A stretch of DNA of 64,000 nt from Chlorokybus atmophyticus (GCA_009103225.1 RHPI01000638.1:806001-870000), one strand, 5' to 3'. Positions 1 to 12,450 are shown, counted from the first letter of the stretch. A program made the numbers and translations. The notes: a model not told the origin generated them from the letters alone.

Positions 1-980
1 GAATGCGTTGGCCCTGGCTGAGTCTGCGGGGGGGCGGGGTGATGCAACAAGTGTGAGCATAAAAGGTGTAGAGTTCTTGATCATCCAAGACATTCTTCGT
101 ACATATGTTCTAGTGCAGCAAACGTCTCAAGCATTTGAGTCTATAATCCGCGAGTTGGAAGCTGAGGTAGGGTGTATCTGTTTGATGTGTATGACCACGT
201 TGTAACAACAATAATTTGCTTGTATTACATAGAGCTAGTTGCTTTGTGCAGGATGCGCCTTACCATGCGTTTAAGGCATTTCGCATTAACGTCTTACAAA
301 GAGAAGAAGAGAAGCAAGTTGGATTGCATGAAATGGTCGTTATGAATGTGGAGCACATTTGGAGTTTGATACGCCTTGGAGCAAATAATGATGCTCATAC
401 AGCCTCAAGCCATCCGCTCGCCACTTTAAAGCCATTCATGAACCAACGTGAGCGCAAGGTGTACGAGCACTTTCAATTAACTACATTGCAGGGGACTCTG
501 CCGGTAAGTGAGCCACATATCATGCTTTACAATATGTGGCTGTGACTTATGCTTGTAGCTTCGTTTAATCAGCAGCACTAGCGAACTCAAAGGGCTCAGC
601 ACTCATTGCTGCTATGTGGTTATCGCCGCGAGGTACCAATTGCAGGGCATCAATGTTCCTAGCCACTTCGAGGTCAACTGCCAAGGCAACTTGCTAGAAG
701 ATGGCAATAGTCGCCCGATGCTGGTCATGGGGGAAGTCAGAAGTAGCTATAAAGGTGCGTATGTGGCCATATGTGTAGTACTTCAATCGCCCTCGTGACC
801 AAGTGCTATTGTCGTGCAAAACTTGCCAAGGCAAACCAACAATTAGCACTTGCTCTAAATACGGTGAAGTTTGTGCTTGAACACATCAGCGGTTGTGACA
901 TGTCGGTCGGTGGCGTCATTACAGCACTAAGTCCGCTATTGGTGGTGGACACCCTCGATGACAGCCAGCTTGGCATCTGA
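1..980 (+). CDS. 3' part of a spliced gene of unknown function, with a degenerate PD-(D/E)xK-like motif; possibly a pseudogene
   Basis: Putative exons at ~1-168, 252-504, 648-751 and ~820-980, with donors GTAGGG, GTAAGT and GTGCGT. They join into a protein-like frame (...FEVNCQGNLLEDGNSRPMLVMGEVRSSYK...LAKANQQLALAL...) ending in TGA. The last acceptor reads CAA rather than CAG. The 5' end lies outside the window. Confidence 0.5.
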
Positions 981-1109
981 GTTCGCGTGGCGCAGCGGCG
1001 GCCGTGATCGATCAGGGTGTGAAGCGCTATCATGTGAGTGACAATGTGTTGCAGTTTGTTTGAATTAGGGTGATGTCACACAGGTGTGCAAGATTTTTGC
1101 TACAGTGTT

Positions 1110-1112
<3 letters not shown>

Positions 1113-1178
<66 letters not shown>

Positions 1179-1238
1179 CTCGCTCTCTCTCTCTCTCGCT
1201 CTCCCTCCTTCTCGCTCTCCCTCCCTCTCGCTCTCTCG
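1113..1238. repeat. (CT)n microsatellite with CG/CC variants
   Basis: Read directly from the sequence. Confidence 0.97.
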
Positions 1239-1266
1239 CCCTAACCCTAACCCTAACCCTAACCCC
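1239..1266 (+). repeat. Interstitial telomere-like repeat (CCCTAA)4
   Basis: Four exact CCCTAA units directly after the CT tract. Confidence 0.85.
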
Positions 1267-2700
1267 CATGCATAATGGCCATGTCAGCTGGATCATCATA
1301 TCCCACATATCGCGGCGGGGTCACGCCTAATGCACTTTGCTTGGTTCTACAACTCACTGCGCCTGATGTTTACTTAATGTTCACCAATGGTTGGCTCGAA
1401 CACGAGCGCTTTGAAATGTGTGCATTTGGAGCAAAATGCATGTAGACGTGCACTTTACGTGGGTTCCCCCAAAATACCGCGCCCGGTGCACGTGCGTGTA
1501 TGTAATGTACATACAGGCACGTACACCACGCGGATAACTACTTGCGGCAAGCAGTTATCATCCATAAATGCACGTGCACTTACAGCGATTAAACAAGCAG
1601 TGCAGTTTGCGCACGAAATACTGACGCCAATGATCAGCGAGCAACGGTGTTACAGCTGTTGCAAGACGACTATTATCGGTTTGCGCGTTCATGCACACGT
1701 GATGCTCCCACTTGGTGTGTAACAAACACAGCAAGATGACACATTGTTGCATGGCATGCAACAGGTGTTGTGCATTTTTCACAAGAAGCTGTGTGCAACA
1801 CATTAGCGAACAGCAAGAACTTTGCAGATTGTTGCTAACTCCGTAAGGCAGTTATTGCGGCCTTCGGAATACGATTATTATATTATAACATCTTGTGTCC
1901 ATTGGATGGTGTCCGACACTGTGCATGCACACACGATGACTTTTACAAAAGCCATTATGGCCAATATGCACACCTCCAAAATGACGCCCAGCTTTTTGTT
2001 CATAACAAACATGATCAATATGAAATGTTGAATGATTAATCCATGCTTAAAGCATGAACTGGCGCCGACAATAATAACTTTGTGCGCAATTGCACCCACC
2101 AGTGATAGTCATTTTACAGTTTTATGCAGAAGCACATGCGCTAGCAACCATTGGTATGTGTAACTTGAACGTTTGTTATTACTATCGTAAAAAACAATAT
2201 GAACATGATAAACATCAATAAACATATAATATCATGACACAATTATGTGTGTGCAGCTATTATTTTCATATGTCGCTGCTGTTTCGAAGTTAACTACTAT
2301 ACATATGTATTTGAGTGCTTTGCAGGCACCATCTAAGCCGCTCGCATATAAGCATGAAAAGTTTTCAGCATCCATCCATTCGAATTATCACCAACAGTGT
2401 GATCGACGTTTTACCCACTCATACTAGCACTTTATAACGCAACTATTTAACGCATTATTGTAGTGTATCACACGATTTGCAGCGCGTTTAAGGACGCTTT
2501 CACTTGCCTGCAACTTGAAACAGTTGAGAGGGTTTGTCAACCCAAGCAAGTAAAGCATGACATAGGCAATTTATACAATACATGACAATGAAGCAAAGAC
2601 TGAAGGGCTTTGAAGATCCTTTGACCTTTGACCCCATTGGACCCCGACAAGACGACGCGTGTCAATGTTTCGACGCTCCAAGCCGTGTCGCATGTCATAC

Positions 2701-2930
2701 GCGCATAACAAGGGACCGCGCCGGATCGGTGCGTTCTCTTGTTATGCGCATATAAAATGCATTCCCATACTCATGTATTGACTGACCCTCAGTTAAACGG
2801 CGTAGCAGCCACGGTAGCACTGCCAATACACATTATATAGGGAATGCACACCGCACTGGCGCGTTCCCCTGTTATGTACGTATATATATACAGTGCATTC
2901 CCATACCCAAGTAACGACTGACCCGCGATT
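2701..2930. repeat. Two related ~130 bp units containing inverted repeats, upstream of secreted gene A
   Basis: GCGCATAACAAG (2701-2712) pairs with CTTGTTATGCGC (2738-2749). The GCGTTC..CTTGTTATG...TGCATTCCCATAC...GACTGACCC block recurs at ~2860-2925. Confidence 0.55.
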
Positions 2931-3056
2931 TAACACGATCGGTAAATACATAATGTGTACTGGCAGTGGCTGCTACGCCGCGGAGTTCCCGACGTACAGC
3001 ACTTCATCATGAGCCACGGCTGAACCGCGTAAAATCCTGGCAGCCTGCCTCACCAC

Positions 3057-3086
3057 CAGCTTGGTACAGTGTACCAAGTCACGCGG
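3057..3086. promoter_or_regulatory. Palindromic upstream motif CTTGGTAC-agt-GTACCAAG-TCACGCG, conserved between paralogs
   Basis: Lies ~160 bp upstream of the ATG at 3236. Related copies occur three times upstream of paralog B. Confidence 0.35.
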
Positions 3087-3235
3087 TTACCTGGTCATTC
3101 TTACTCCGGATCTCTCGCGTTTTATCCGTTGGTGTTGCTTATGTACATGTCAGCCTGCGTTCGCCAGTCACAGTGTGTCTTGCCATCCTTCTGCTTCAGC
3201 ACTGACCCAGTCTGGCGGCGGCGGTGTACACCGTC

Positions 3236-6200
3236 ATGGCTACGGCAAACGGGCAGTTCCGCCTTATGGTCGTCCATAGCTTCGTGCTTGTTTTTCTTGC
3301 CAGTCACGTCGCCGGGTCTCCTGCCGCTGCAGCAGGTACAGGCGGTGGTGGTGTGCCATGCTTGCATGCCTCGGGTACAGTTGCGTGTAGGGGTTGAACC
3401 ATGCGAAGCATGTAAATTAGCATTCATCGGTGTACATGCTGTTTGCTAATGTCTGCCATGCTTAGGCTGCGCTGCCTGCGCGGCCTAAGCATGGCAGACT
3501 GAGCATGGCTGCTATGTCCCATGCTTAATGTAGGTGTAGCACTCACCTGTATGCATTGTCGTCATGTCCCATGCTCACATAGATATCTGTTGTCTTAGCG
3601 TGTAACACCACATCAACGGCTAGATTGAAAGCATTATTCTGCTCATTACATGCTTGGTGTCCAGTTGTTGCAGGCATGCATGCCTGTCAATACTTGTCTT
3701 CTACAGCACACATCTAAGCAGTTGTACTGCAAACAACTTAGCTGTTGCTAATCATCTGTCTAGGTGCCAACCTCAGGGCATCGGCGCATGGCTCAATCTT
3801 CTGCGACATCTGCAACGACGGCAGCTACGATGCTGGCACAGACAGGCCGATAGCGCGTGCGAAGGTGACCATCTCGTGCTCGGCTATCACCGAGGGCAGC
3901 AGCGACATTGTCAGCTGGCAGCATGTCGCTGTCTCTAACTCGCGCGGAGAGTATAGCTTCAACAAGCTTGAAACCCTTGAGTACACCCAAAGTGAGTAAC
4001 ATCGTCTGTGTGCATGTCTGTATGTGTGTTGACACGTGCGTGTGGGCATGCGTGTGTTTGCAGCTGAGCTGCAGCTGACTAGTGCACAGCCCCAAATTCT
4101 TGGCATGTGTGACATGTGCATTTCGTTGATAATGTCTACTCTTCAGGCCAGAATGAGACCTTCCTTGGGTGCGATGTCTCCTTCTCGCTGCCTTCTTCAA
4201 CCACTTGCACGGCAGCTTCATTGGTGACCACAACCGACAGCTGTGGAAACCTCCCCTTTTTGCCCAACCCGTTGCACGCAGGCGATAGCGTGTCATTGCC
4301 AACATTCTGCCGCACGCCAACGCACACACGTACATCTTGCGCCCATGACAATGGGAAAGAGTGTGCAGAGGGCTACGTGTACTACGCTTATAACAACCAG
4401 AGCCTTGGGAGTGTGCGCGAGTTTCTGACCCGCAAGGTTGAGGAGAAGAGAGGGAAAATTGTGTACAATGGCACAAAGGCAGGGGCCACGCAAATCGTGC
4501 AGCCGCGTGTTATTGGAGGTAAGTGCATATGCATATGGTGTGAGTATGTGTGCGCGTGCCCAATGCGATTGTGTGTAGATGTGAGCACTAACATATGTTC
4601 GCGTTGGGATGGGTTCATGGCTGCCGGGACGTGCATGCGCGTGAGCTCGTGTGCGCGGGTGTCTCAGGGACTTGAACTGACTGTTTTGTGTTGTTGTAGA
4701 CAAACTTTTCTGGTTGCAACAAGACGAGACCCCCCTTCAGTACAAGGTGCTCAGTTCTCACCTTAATAGTAAGCCCAAGACCAAGGCGGACAAAAGGGTG
4801 ACAGTGCTCGCACGGTTCCGAGCTCAAGAAGTTGTCACCACTGATCAAGGCGGCTTTGTCGTGGACACCAGCGGTAGGCTACACATTGATCCGCTTGAAA
4901 TTCTGTCAGCGTCAGTTGCTTTGCAAACACCTAAGGGTGCTGGGTGGATGCTGTGCTACCTCGCTCATGTGCAGTGTCAGTTGTATCACTTGACAGCTGT
5001 TGGCCACTTGCAATGTGCTTTTCACCTGCAAGCCCGGGACCTTTCTTTTGGGTCTGTTTGTCTATTGAAAGTCTAACTAAGACCTGCACAAATTCTGTTC
5101 TATTTGTCTCAACAGGACCTGCCCTTCAGTTCTTCTACAGCACCGTCTCAAACTACCCCATCTCGTCCCGCATCTATGGCGTGGCACAAGCCCCCGCTCC
5201 CCCCGTGCCCCAAAGCCCTCCTTTCCTCGCGTACGAGGGCGGGGAGTTTAGTGGAGACATCACCGCTCTGGAACTTGACACGACTGGTGAGAGTTTATGT
5301 ACTTGACACACGACAACATTGCAACATTTATCCAGAGCAATGGCTAGAGCAATACAGCAAGTCAGCAACTAAGCAGTGTTTATGTAGTTTGTTTGAGTTG
5401 TGTGTTGTGTTTATGTTTGCTGACATGCTGTTGGCTGAGCGGTGTTGTGCATTGTCTCAGTCAGTCCGAAGACTATGTACTGGATTGCTGGCACGCTGAG
5501 TATCCGCTCAGGGCAAGTCTCTGTGGTCGATGGGGCGACAACGATCACAGATGTTCAGACCCTCATTCAAGACACCAGCGCCCTTGGCCTGCGCGCTTGG
5601 CAGTTGACACTAGATCCTGGTGAGTATGTGTGGAGTAATGCAAGCTCTGCTTGGGTGTCGTGCATCATACTAAGTAACCATCGTCATTGTGACTGGTTCG
5701 TTGTTGCTTTTCAGTGCGAAAGCGGTTGTATGCGCTGTTGGACGGCCCGTTCCCGTACGGCGGATCGCCCAATCTGGGAGCCTTTGATATCAGCGTCAAC
5801 CCGCCCACGCGGCTGTTCATCCGTCCCATAGGAATGCCGATATCGGCATTCAGAGACATACCGCGAGGCAAATTCGCCATCGATGTGTATGCAAGTAAGC
5901 ACCTCCTTCTTACTGACAGCAAGAGCATGTACCCAAGCTTTGAGTATACACACAGAACGCACGTGCATGCATCATACTTTGCATTGATCACCATGTGATG
6001 GAATGTATCATATCAGGCCCCCCTGTGTTGTATGGTGTGGTGTCACCACCGTTCTCCTTCGGTCCTCCACCAAGCGGGCAAACTTGGAGCCTGTACAAGA
6101 CGCTTGCCAACTTGGATGCGACAGACGACGTAACTCCCATTGCGTATGGTCCTCGAATTCGTGTCGGCACCGAGTCTACTGCCATCCTGGGTGGTGATCT

Positions 6201-6349
6201 TCTGTATGGTGAGTTGGCATCCACTGACACGCATGCCAACTGTGTCAGTGGAATGGTGACGTTCAACATTGCAGTGGATAGGATTTTGTCTGTGGCCAAG
6301 TGACAGCTGATCTACTTGACTTGTTGTTGCAGGCAAACACTGCTCGTAG
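3236..6349 (+). CDS. Secreted protein, copy A (530 aa, 9 exons): signal peptide, Pollen Ole e 1/SdrD-B-like domain, and an unknown beta-rich C-terminal region
   Basis: Exons 3236-3335, 3764-3991, 4147-4518, 4700-4873, 5116-5286, 5461-5619, 5715-5894, 6017-6208 and 6333-6349 splice with GT-AG into one open frame. The N-terminus MATANGQFRLMVVHSFVLVFLASHVAG is hydrophobic. Exon 2 has GSIFCDICNDG...DRPIARAKVTISC...SNSRGEYSF. Exons are conserved in the paralog at 24-27 kb while introns diverge. Confidence 0.85.
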
Positions 6350-6922
6350 GTCCTGATGCCGCTGCCTGTGGCGTCCCACAAGCTTGAAAAGTTGTCAATT
6401 TTGCATAGGCGTCTTGTAGAAGAACGGCCCGTTGTAAATGTGTAGCACCTCGCTGTTGCCAGTTTGCTGGCGCAAAGTTTTGGGCGACCATTGTACTGTT
6501 GTGGATGTGAATGATAGTGACAATATGTTATCCTGTACTCTTGTGCATCTGAATGCAGATGTTCAAGTTGTGTACTTATGTCAGGGCATGTACGATAACA
6601 ACGCAGTATGCTGTGCCAAGTCGTAACATGTCAGATTTGGGTTGGTGTTTGTGCGTGTGTGACCGCGTGTGAGGTAGAGCAACGTAACACGCACTTATGT
6701 AGATATGTATATGGCTTTTATGTATATGAAAGCAGCCACCACCGCTGCGGGGTTGCGACAACTTAAGCTATCTACTGCATAATATGAGGAAAGTAGGTGT
6801 AAAATTCACATGAAACAAACCAAAATCAGGTTTGAGACAAACATTGATCGGTCAAGTCCAATGCTACATGCAGATATAAGGTCTCACACAGACCAACCAA
6901 GCTGAGCATTGCAAAATTCATG

Positions 6923-7915
6923 TCACCGTGTGACACTCACCAACGCCACAATGATTGTGACATCGTCCGGTTTGCCGCCAGGCCAAGAAGGTTCAACATT
7001 AGCTTGTTGCGCTGCCATGGAAAAAGGTGAGGTGCATTCCCGGTCATATGCTCGCGTCTGTGCCAGGTTGACAAGTTGCTTTGCAATCAGCTACGTGCGC
7101 AAGCGTATTAGAACGTGAAGTGTTTGTGGAGATGACAGACACCAACGTAAACACGCACCACAGGTGATAACTCTTTCTTGTGGGTTGTGCCGATGACTTG
7201 CAGGCTTATTGATAATCCATTGCTTGCCAACACGAGCACATCTCCTTTCTGTACATGTTGCTCGTAACACAGCACCACACAAAGGCGTGAGCGCACCAAC
7301 ATGTCAAACGGCTTAACCCCTGTAAGCGCATTGAGCACATACATGAGTCAGTGAAAACAAGAATCACACCTGCGCTGTGTGAGGATGATTGCTGCCTTCA
7401 TTACTTCTAACCTGCATTGAAAAAGATGTCGTCAGTATTCCACTACTGGATTCGAAGCTGCAATACTAAAGCACCTTGCTAGCCACATAGCAGCTTACAC
7501 ACAAACTGCACAAATCAATCCCACACAGCAGTCGAGCAACACACATCTAGCTACATCAGTGCCTGTTGGTACAATAGCATGCATACAAGAATAGCGTGTT
7601 GGAAAGTGTGCTGCTGGTACCTGTCGCGGTGAAATGAAGGCGCGCAGCTGTGGTTCAGGCCGTCGGAGGAGTTGCCCATCTATGTGCATAAACCCGCAAA
7701 CGCTGATGCACGCCATTGCGCCTTTTGAATCGCGCCACAATCTGTCAACCAAGCAGCTACGTGGTTGACTGGTTGGCAACGTATTTATGCTTCATACTGA
7801 CAGACATATATAAGACAACAAGCTATCCACTACATTTAATGCCAGCGTGTCCATACACAATTAGCATGGAGTATTATGATAGCAATGGTCATTAAGCCGG
7901 CTGCCTGCGTCGCTG
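6923..7915 (-). pseudogene. 5'-truncated, decayed copy of the PTC7-like PP2C gene
   Basis: The last exon is intact (LIAKQLVNLAQTRAYDRECTSPFSMAAQQANVEPSWPGGKPDDVTIIV). DGIFDNLFDNEI is replaced by NGLSIS, GDCG by SVCG, and an acceptor AG is lost. Homology to 27.8-28.9 kb stops mid-exon at ~7915. Confidence 0.85.
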
Positions 7916-8464
7916 AGGCAGCAGCGGCATATGATTGGCTGGCGCAACCGTTTAAAGGAGGAGGAAGAGCAAGCTCCAGCGTCTCCTCTACATTCCCCAG
8001 CGCGTGGTGCTTTGTTCAATGACATGCAAAGCGATAATGGAGAGGAGCTGTAGCGCAATTGGTAGTCCGTTTAGCTGGTAGTGTACACAGCTGCAAGGCT
8101 CTTGTGACTTAGTGTTGTGCAGCTTAAACCAGTTCAGTCAATTGTCATTATGCTCATGCATGTAAAAACTTGCATTCTTATAATATACAATAGAACTGTA
8201 AAACTGCAGGCATTTAAGTCACATAATCGAACCACAAGCCTTGGCAAGTGACTGAGAGACACTATACACACCTTAGGTACCTGTACAAAGCACAGGCACA
8301 TAACGATGCTGGCGTTTAGTGACAGTTGCGTGTACTCATGCTATGCAAATACATATAATGGCAGTCAGGCATCAGTCACCTTCCGTTGCTTGAAGAATGC
8401 CGTATCTTATCAATAACTACCTAATTGGTGCTAATGAATTAAGCTCAGTCGCCTGCGCTAGACT

Positions 8465-8730
8465 ATTATGTAACCTGCAGGTGCCTGTCGCATAGGCTGA
8501 GTCCCTTAAATTGAATTGCTGTGTAACTTGCAGATGTTTGTTAATTAAGGATATTCACTTGTTAAGGCCTAATAGGTAATTTTCAGATGCCCGTAAATTG
8601 GAGTTAGTCACATGTTAAGGCCTGATAGGTAACTTACAGCTGTCCGTTAAATTAAAACTAGTCACCTGTTAAGGCCTGACAAGTAACTAACAGGTGCCTG
8701 TTAATTATGCATAAACAACTGTTAAAGATT
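8465..8730. repeat. Degenerate tandem repeat, period 53-54 bp, about 5 units
   Basis: The GTTAAGG(CCT) anchor occurs at 8561, 8614 and 8668, with GTTAAAG at 8721. Units contain GTAA(C/T)nnnCAG. Confidence 0.75.
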
Positions 8731-10029
8731 GAATTGTAACGGGAAGGGCCCGATAGTAACGGAAGTTGTACTCAGGTTCCTGTATCGGAATTACAGGTGG
8801 ACTGAGCCACGACAATTGAAGTAAGTATCTTCAGATGCACGGCCGTCAATCGGCCGGCAGGGGAAACATTTTGCGTCGGACTGGACATGCTCGTATGGAC
8901 GTTAACTGCGACGATCGTAGTGGGGGCGGCTGCGGTGGGGGAGGCTATGGATTTCTAAGCTCCCCCATTAGCTACGCCCCTGGTGCTCTCTTCCGATCCC
9001 CTCAACACTGGCAATGGAGGTCTTCTTCAACAAGCCGCTGGCCCTCAAGCAGTTAGCGGCTTGGCCTGAAGAGCGGGCGATCCAAGGCATCCTGCGTATC
9101 GCCAGCTTCCGAGCATTTTCACGACTGTTGGGGCCTCCCCCAACAGGTAAGTCCCTCTCCGTATGATTGCTGATGTTTCCTTAAGCATATTTGTTACACA
9201 TATGTTGGATGATGAGGGTGTTGCTGAGTTCGTGGTCTCCTCATCGAGCTATAATGCATGGAAGCTTACGCTCAGCTCTAGTGCCCTAGTGTTCCTATTC
9301 AGTTTCACTCTTTCACTAGCATCCGCTACTAGTGTTAGGCTTGCTTGGTTGCAGTCTGCTTGTGTAGACGCAGCTGATAGCGGGCTATTGACATCAGTGC
9401 ATACGGTTAATGCGGGGGAACTTCATGGGGTGTTTTCATCTTAAGCTGGGGCGTCGCTGGTGCATGATCGGGCACAAAAGAACATGCTTCCTCTCTGCGC
9501 GGGGAGGAGGGTGACGGTGATTCGGTGAGGGGATGTCGCATGTACCCGTTTTTGAGTTTTCTTTTTGAGCATGCACCTGGAGCTGCTTCTTTTCGCTTGG
9601 GGCTGCCATTCAGAAGTTCGGTGTGTTGGGTCCGGCTTTTCCCAATCAGCAAGCTAGTCCCCCACCCCCGTTTGAGACGAATACCAAGTATAGCTTCATG
9701 CCTTCCACGGGAGTGAAGACTGCCGAAGAAATTGTCAGTTACAGTGCAGCAGGTGGGGCTCTAGCACACCTACACGGTGGATGTTGTCACCTCCGACACA
9801 TCCATGCTTTGTCACTTATGTTTCAAGCCTAGCCATACTAGAGCTCGTTGTCCACTGAATGAAGGGCACCCGTTGCGGCAGGGTGCGCTCAAACAAGGAC
9901 TTGCAACGCAACATCAGCCACACTCTCTTCCGGATGACAAAGCAAGTCTCAAGTGCTAACTGCAAGAAGAAAGCAGGCTTGGCAAGGTTAGAGGCAAAAT
10001 ACGACAATGGGCTGATCACAAAAGTCGAC

Positions 10030-12450
10030 ACAAACAACAACAGCATCTGTTGTGTAGAGATGAAGGCACTACTGAATCATAAGATATTGTAGAAGTATTG
10101 ACCCGAAGGCCCTTTGCACTAGGAGCAGGAGAAGAAAGCATTTGGCTTGAACATTGAATTGATTGAACAGTGGAAGCACATTCATTGATGGTGCTTAACT
10201 GAAAAGCCACAATACTTTTCCATGCTCACAACATGTGAAGATGGCAGGCAAGCTTGGGAAAAGCTTGCAGCCGTGTGTCAAGCCGAGAACAACGCCAGAA
10301 AGATACAATTGCGCAAGCAGCTAGGCGCATTTTACAAAGAGACGGCAAAGCCGATTACAAAATAATTTGCACGTGCGAGAGAGCTGTGGGCGGACCTCAT
10401 CAACGTCGGCCACAAGATGGAAGAGATGGAGGTCGTATTGGCAGTTTTTGCAGGGCTACCATTAGAGTACGAAGTTGTCGCTACTCTGCTCGACACAGTG
10501 TCATCGGAGCTAACCCTGGGCGATATGCTGCTCAAGTTTGTCTCCTGTGGAGCAACGCGTCTTAAAGAACGAAGAGGCTCTTCCGAAGAGCAAGCGCACT
10601 CCGTGGCCTTCTACACACAAGACAGACACAAGAAATCAAGCGACTAAGAAGACAAGAACAAGGCGAAAGGCAGCAGCTCCAAATTCGAGACTCTCACATG
10701 CCACTATTGTGGTATCAAAGGACACATCGTAAAGGACATCCCGGTCCTCATTAATGTCGGCCAAAAGATGAAAGAGACGGAAGTCGTATTGGCAGTTGTT
10801 GCAGGGCTACCATTAGTATACGAAGTTGTCGCTACTCTGTTCGAGACATCGTCGGAGCTAACCCTGGAGGATGTGCTGCTCAAGTTTTCCTCCTGTGAAG
10901 CAACACGTCTTAAGGGAGGAAGCGCAAGCAGAATCTGTGGCCTTTCACACACAAGATATAAACAAGAAGTCAAGCAACGAAGAAGACAAGAACAAGGCGA
11001 AAGGCAGCAACCCCAAGTTCACGATTCTCACATGCCACTATTGTGATTTTAAAATCACAATAATCATCATAATAAAGGTTTGTTGCAAGCGCCAACGAGA
11101 GCAATTTAAAGCAGGCACTAGTGGCAACACTCAACGCAAAGAGAAGGGTGTTGCATCTACTGCCTCAAAGAAGTCCGATACAACTTCATGGGCAATTGAC
11201 TCAGGCTGTGACTAGCAACTCAAACCACACAAGGAGGTGATGGAGAACTACATAAAACTGTCAACTACAAGGAAGGTGGAAGGCTTCAGTGGTTACAAGC
11301 TAAAAGCAATAGGGATTGGTGAAGTGAGGCTTTAATGCAAGGTTGGCGATGGTGAGAGAAAGGTGGTACTTCGAGAAGTATTGCACGTACCTAAAGCTGC
11401 TGCAAGCTTGTTCTCTATGAGAGTTGCTGAGCGTGTGGGTGCTTAGATAGTGATCCGTAAGAGACGTTGCTCCATACGCATGAATCGGGTTGAGTACATG
11501 GTCGGCACCCGACGAGGAGGGCTCTACATTGTGGAGCAAACTCAAGGCCATGATAGTGAAGGAAAGGGAAACGGCAGAGTGTTTTGGCATTGAAGGTTCG
11601 GGCATTTGGGCTATAGCAACCTCACATGCCTGGTTGCTAAAGACATGGTGAAAGGCATCAATGTGAGAAAGGAAGACCTTCAAGCGTCTTCAAGTGCGCT
11701 ATGTGAGCCTTGTGTGTTGGCCAGGCAGCAACGCATGCCGTTCCCATCATTTACTTCAAGTAGCAAGCATTCTTGTGAGCTTGTGCACATGACATTTGCG
11801 GGCCTATGCGCATTGTGGCGATAGGAGGGGTAAGGTACTTTGCAACTTTCCTCGACAACTGCAGCAAGCTGTCCATGTCTTCCCGTCGATGCAAAAGTCA
11901 AAAGTCGCTAGAGTTGTGCGTATCGTTATCGCATTGCTTAAGATTTAATCAGGCAAGAAGATGAAAGCAATGAGCAGCGAGGAGGGGAGTACACCAACGC
12001 CCAGCTCGAAGAGATCTTTGCCAGCAAAGGCATACGGCATGAGACAACAGCACCATACACTCCGCAGCAGAATGGAGCACCTGAGCGTCTTAATCGAACA
12101 CTATAGGAGCGTGTTCGAGCCATGCTCAATGACACCAAGTTGGAGGACAGTCTGTGGAAGGAGGCCGTTCTCACTACCAACTACATTCGCAACCATTCAC
12201 TAATGAGCTTTGAGCAAAGACTCCGTGGGAGCTCTTTCACGGTGAAGTGCCAGATGTGAATGGCATGCGTGTGTTCGGATGTGTGCCATGCGCTTGTGCC
12301 AAGTCAGTTGCGACACAGGTTAGAGGCAGTCATTAAGAAAGGCACTTGTTGGCCATGAGCCAAGCTCAAAGGCGTACAAGGTCCCACTGGAAAATACGCA
12401 CAAGATTGTGGTGAGCAGAGAAGTCGTGTTCCACGAAGCCTCGTTACAAG
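10030..12450 (+). mobile_element. Decayed Ty1/copia retrotransposon fragment (gag, protease, GAG-pre-integrase, integrase); RT and RNase H absent
   Basis: Gag-like AWEKL..., zinc knuckle CHYCGIKGH, protease SWAIDSG, WH*RFGHLG...CEPCVLARQQR, integrase LVHM...GGEY...HETTAPYTPQQNGAPERLNRTL...LWKEAV. Many stops and frameshifts. A ~340 bp gag segment is tandemly duplicated (10397-10735 and 10747-11047). Confidence 0.92.

Noticed and set aside
1030-1308. RE-repeat and SL-repeat ORFs
   Set aside because: They are translations of the (CT)n microsatellite.
8465-8730. CRISPR-like array
   Set aside because: The units are degenerate over their whole length, with no constant repeat and unique spacer pattern. 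The context is eukaryotic and there are no cas genes.
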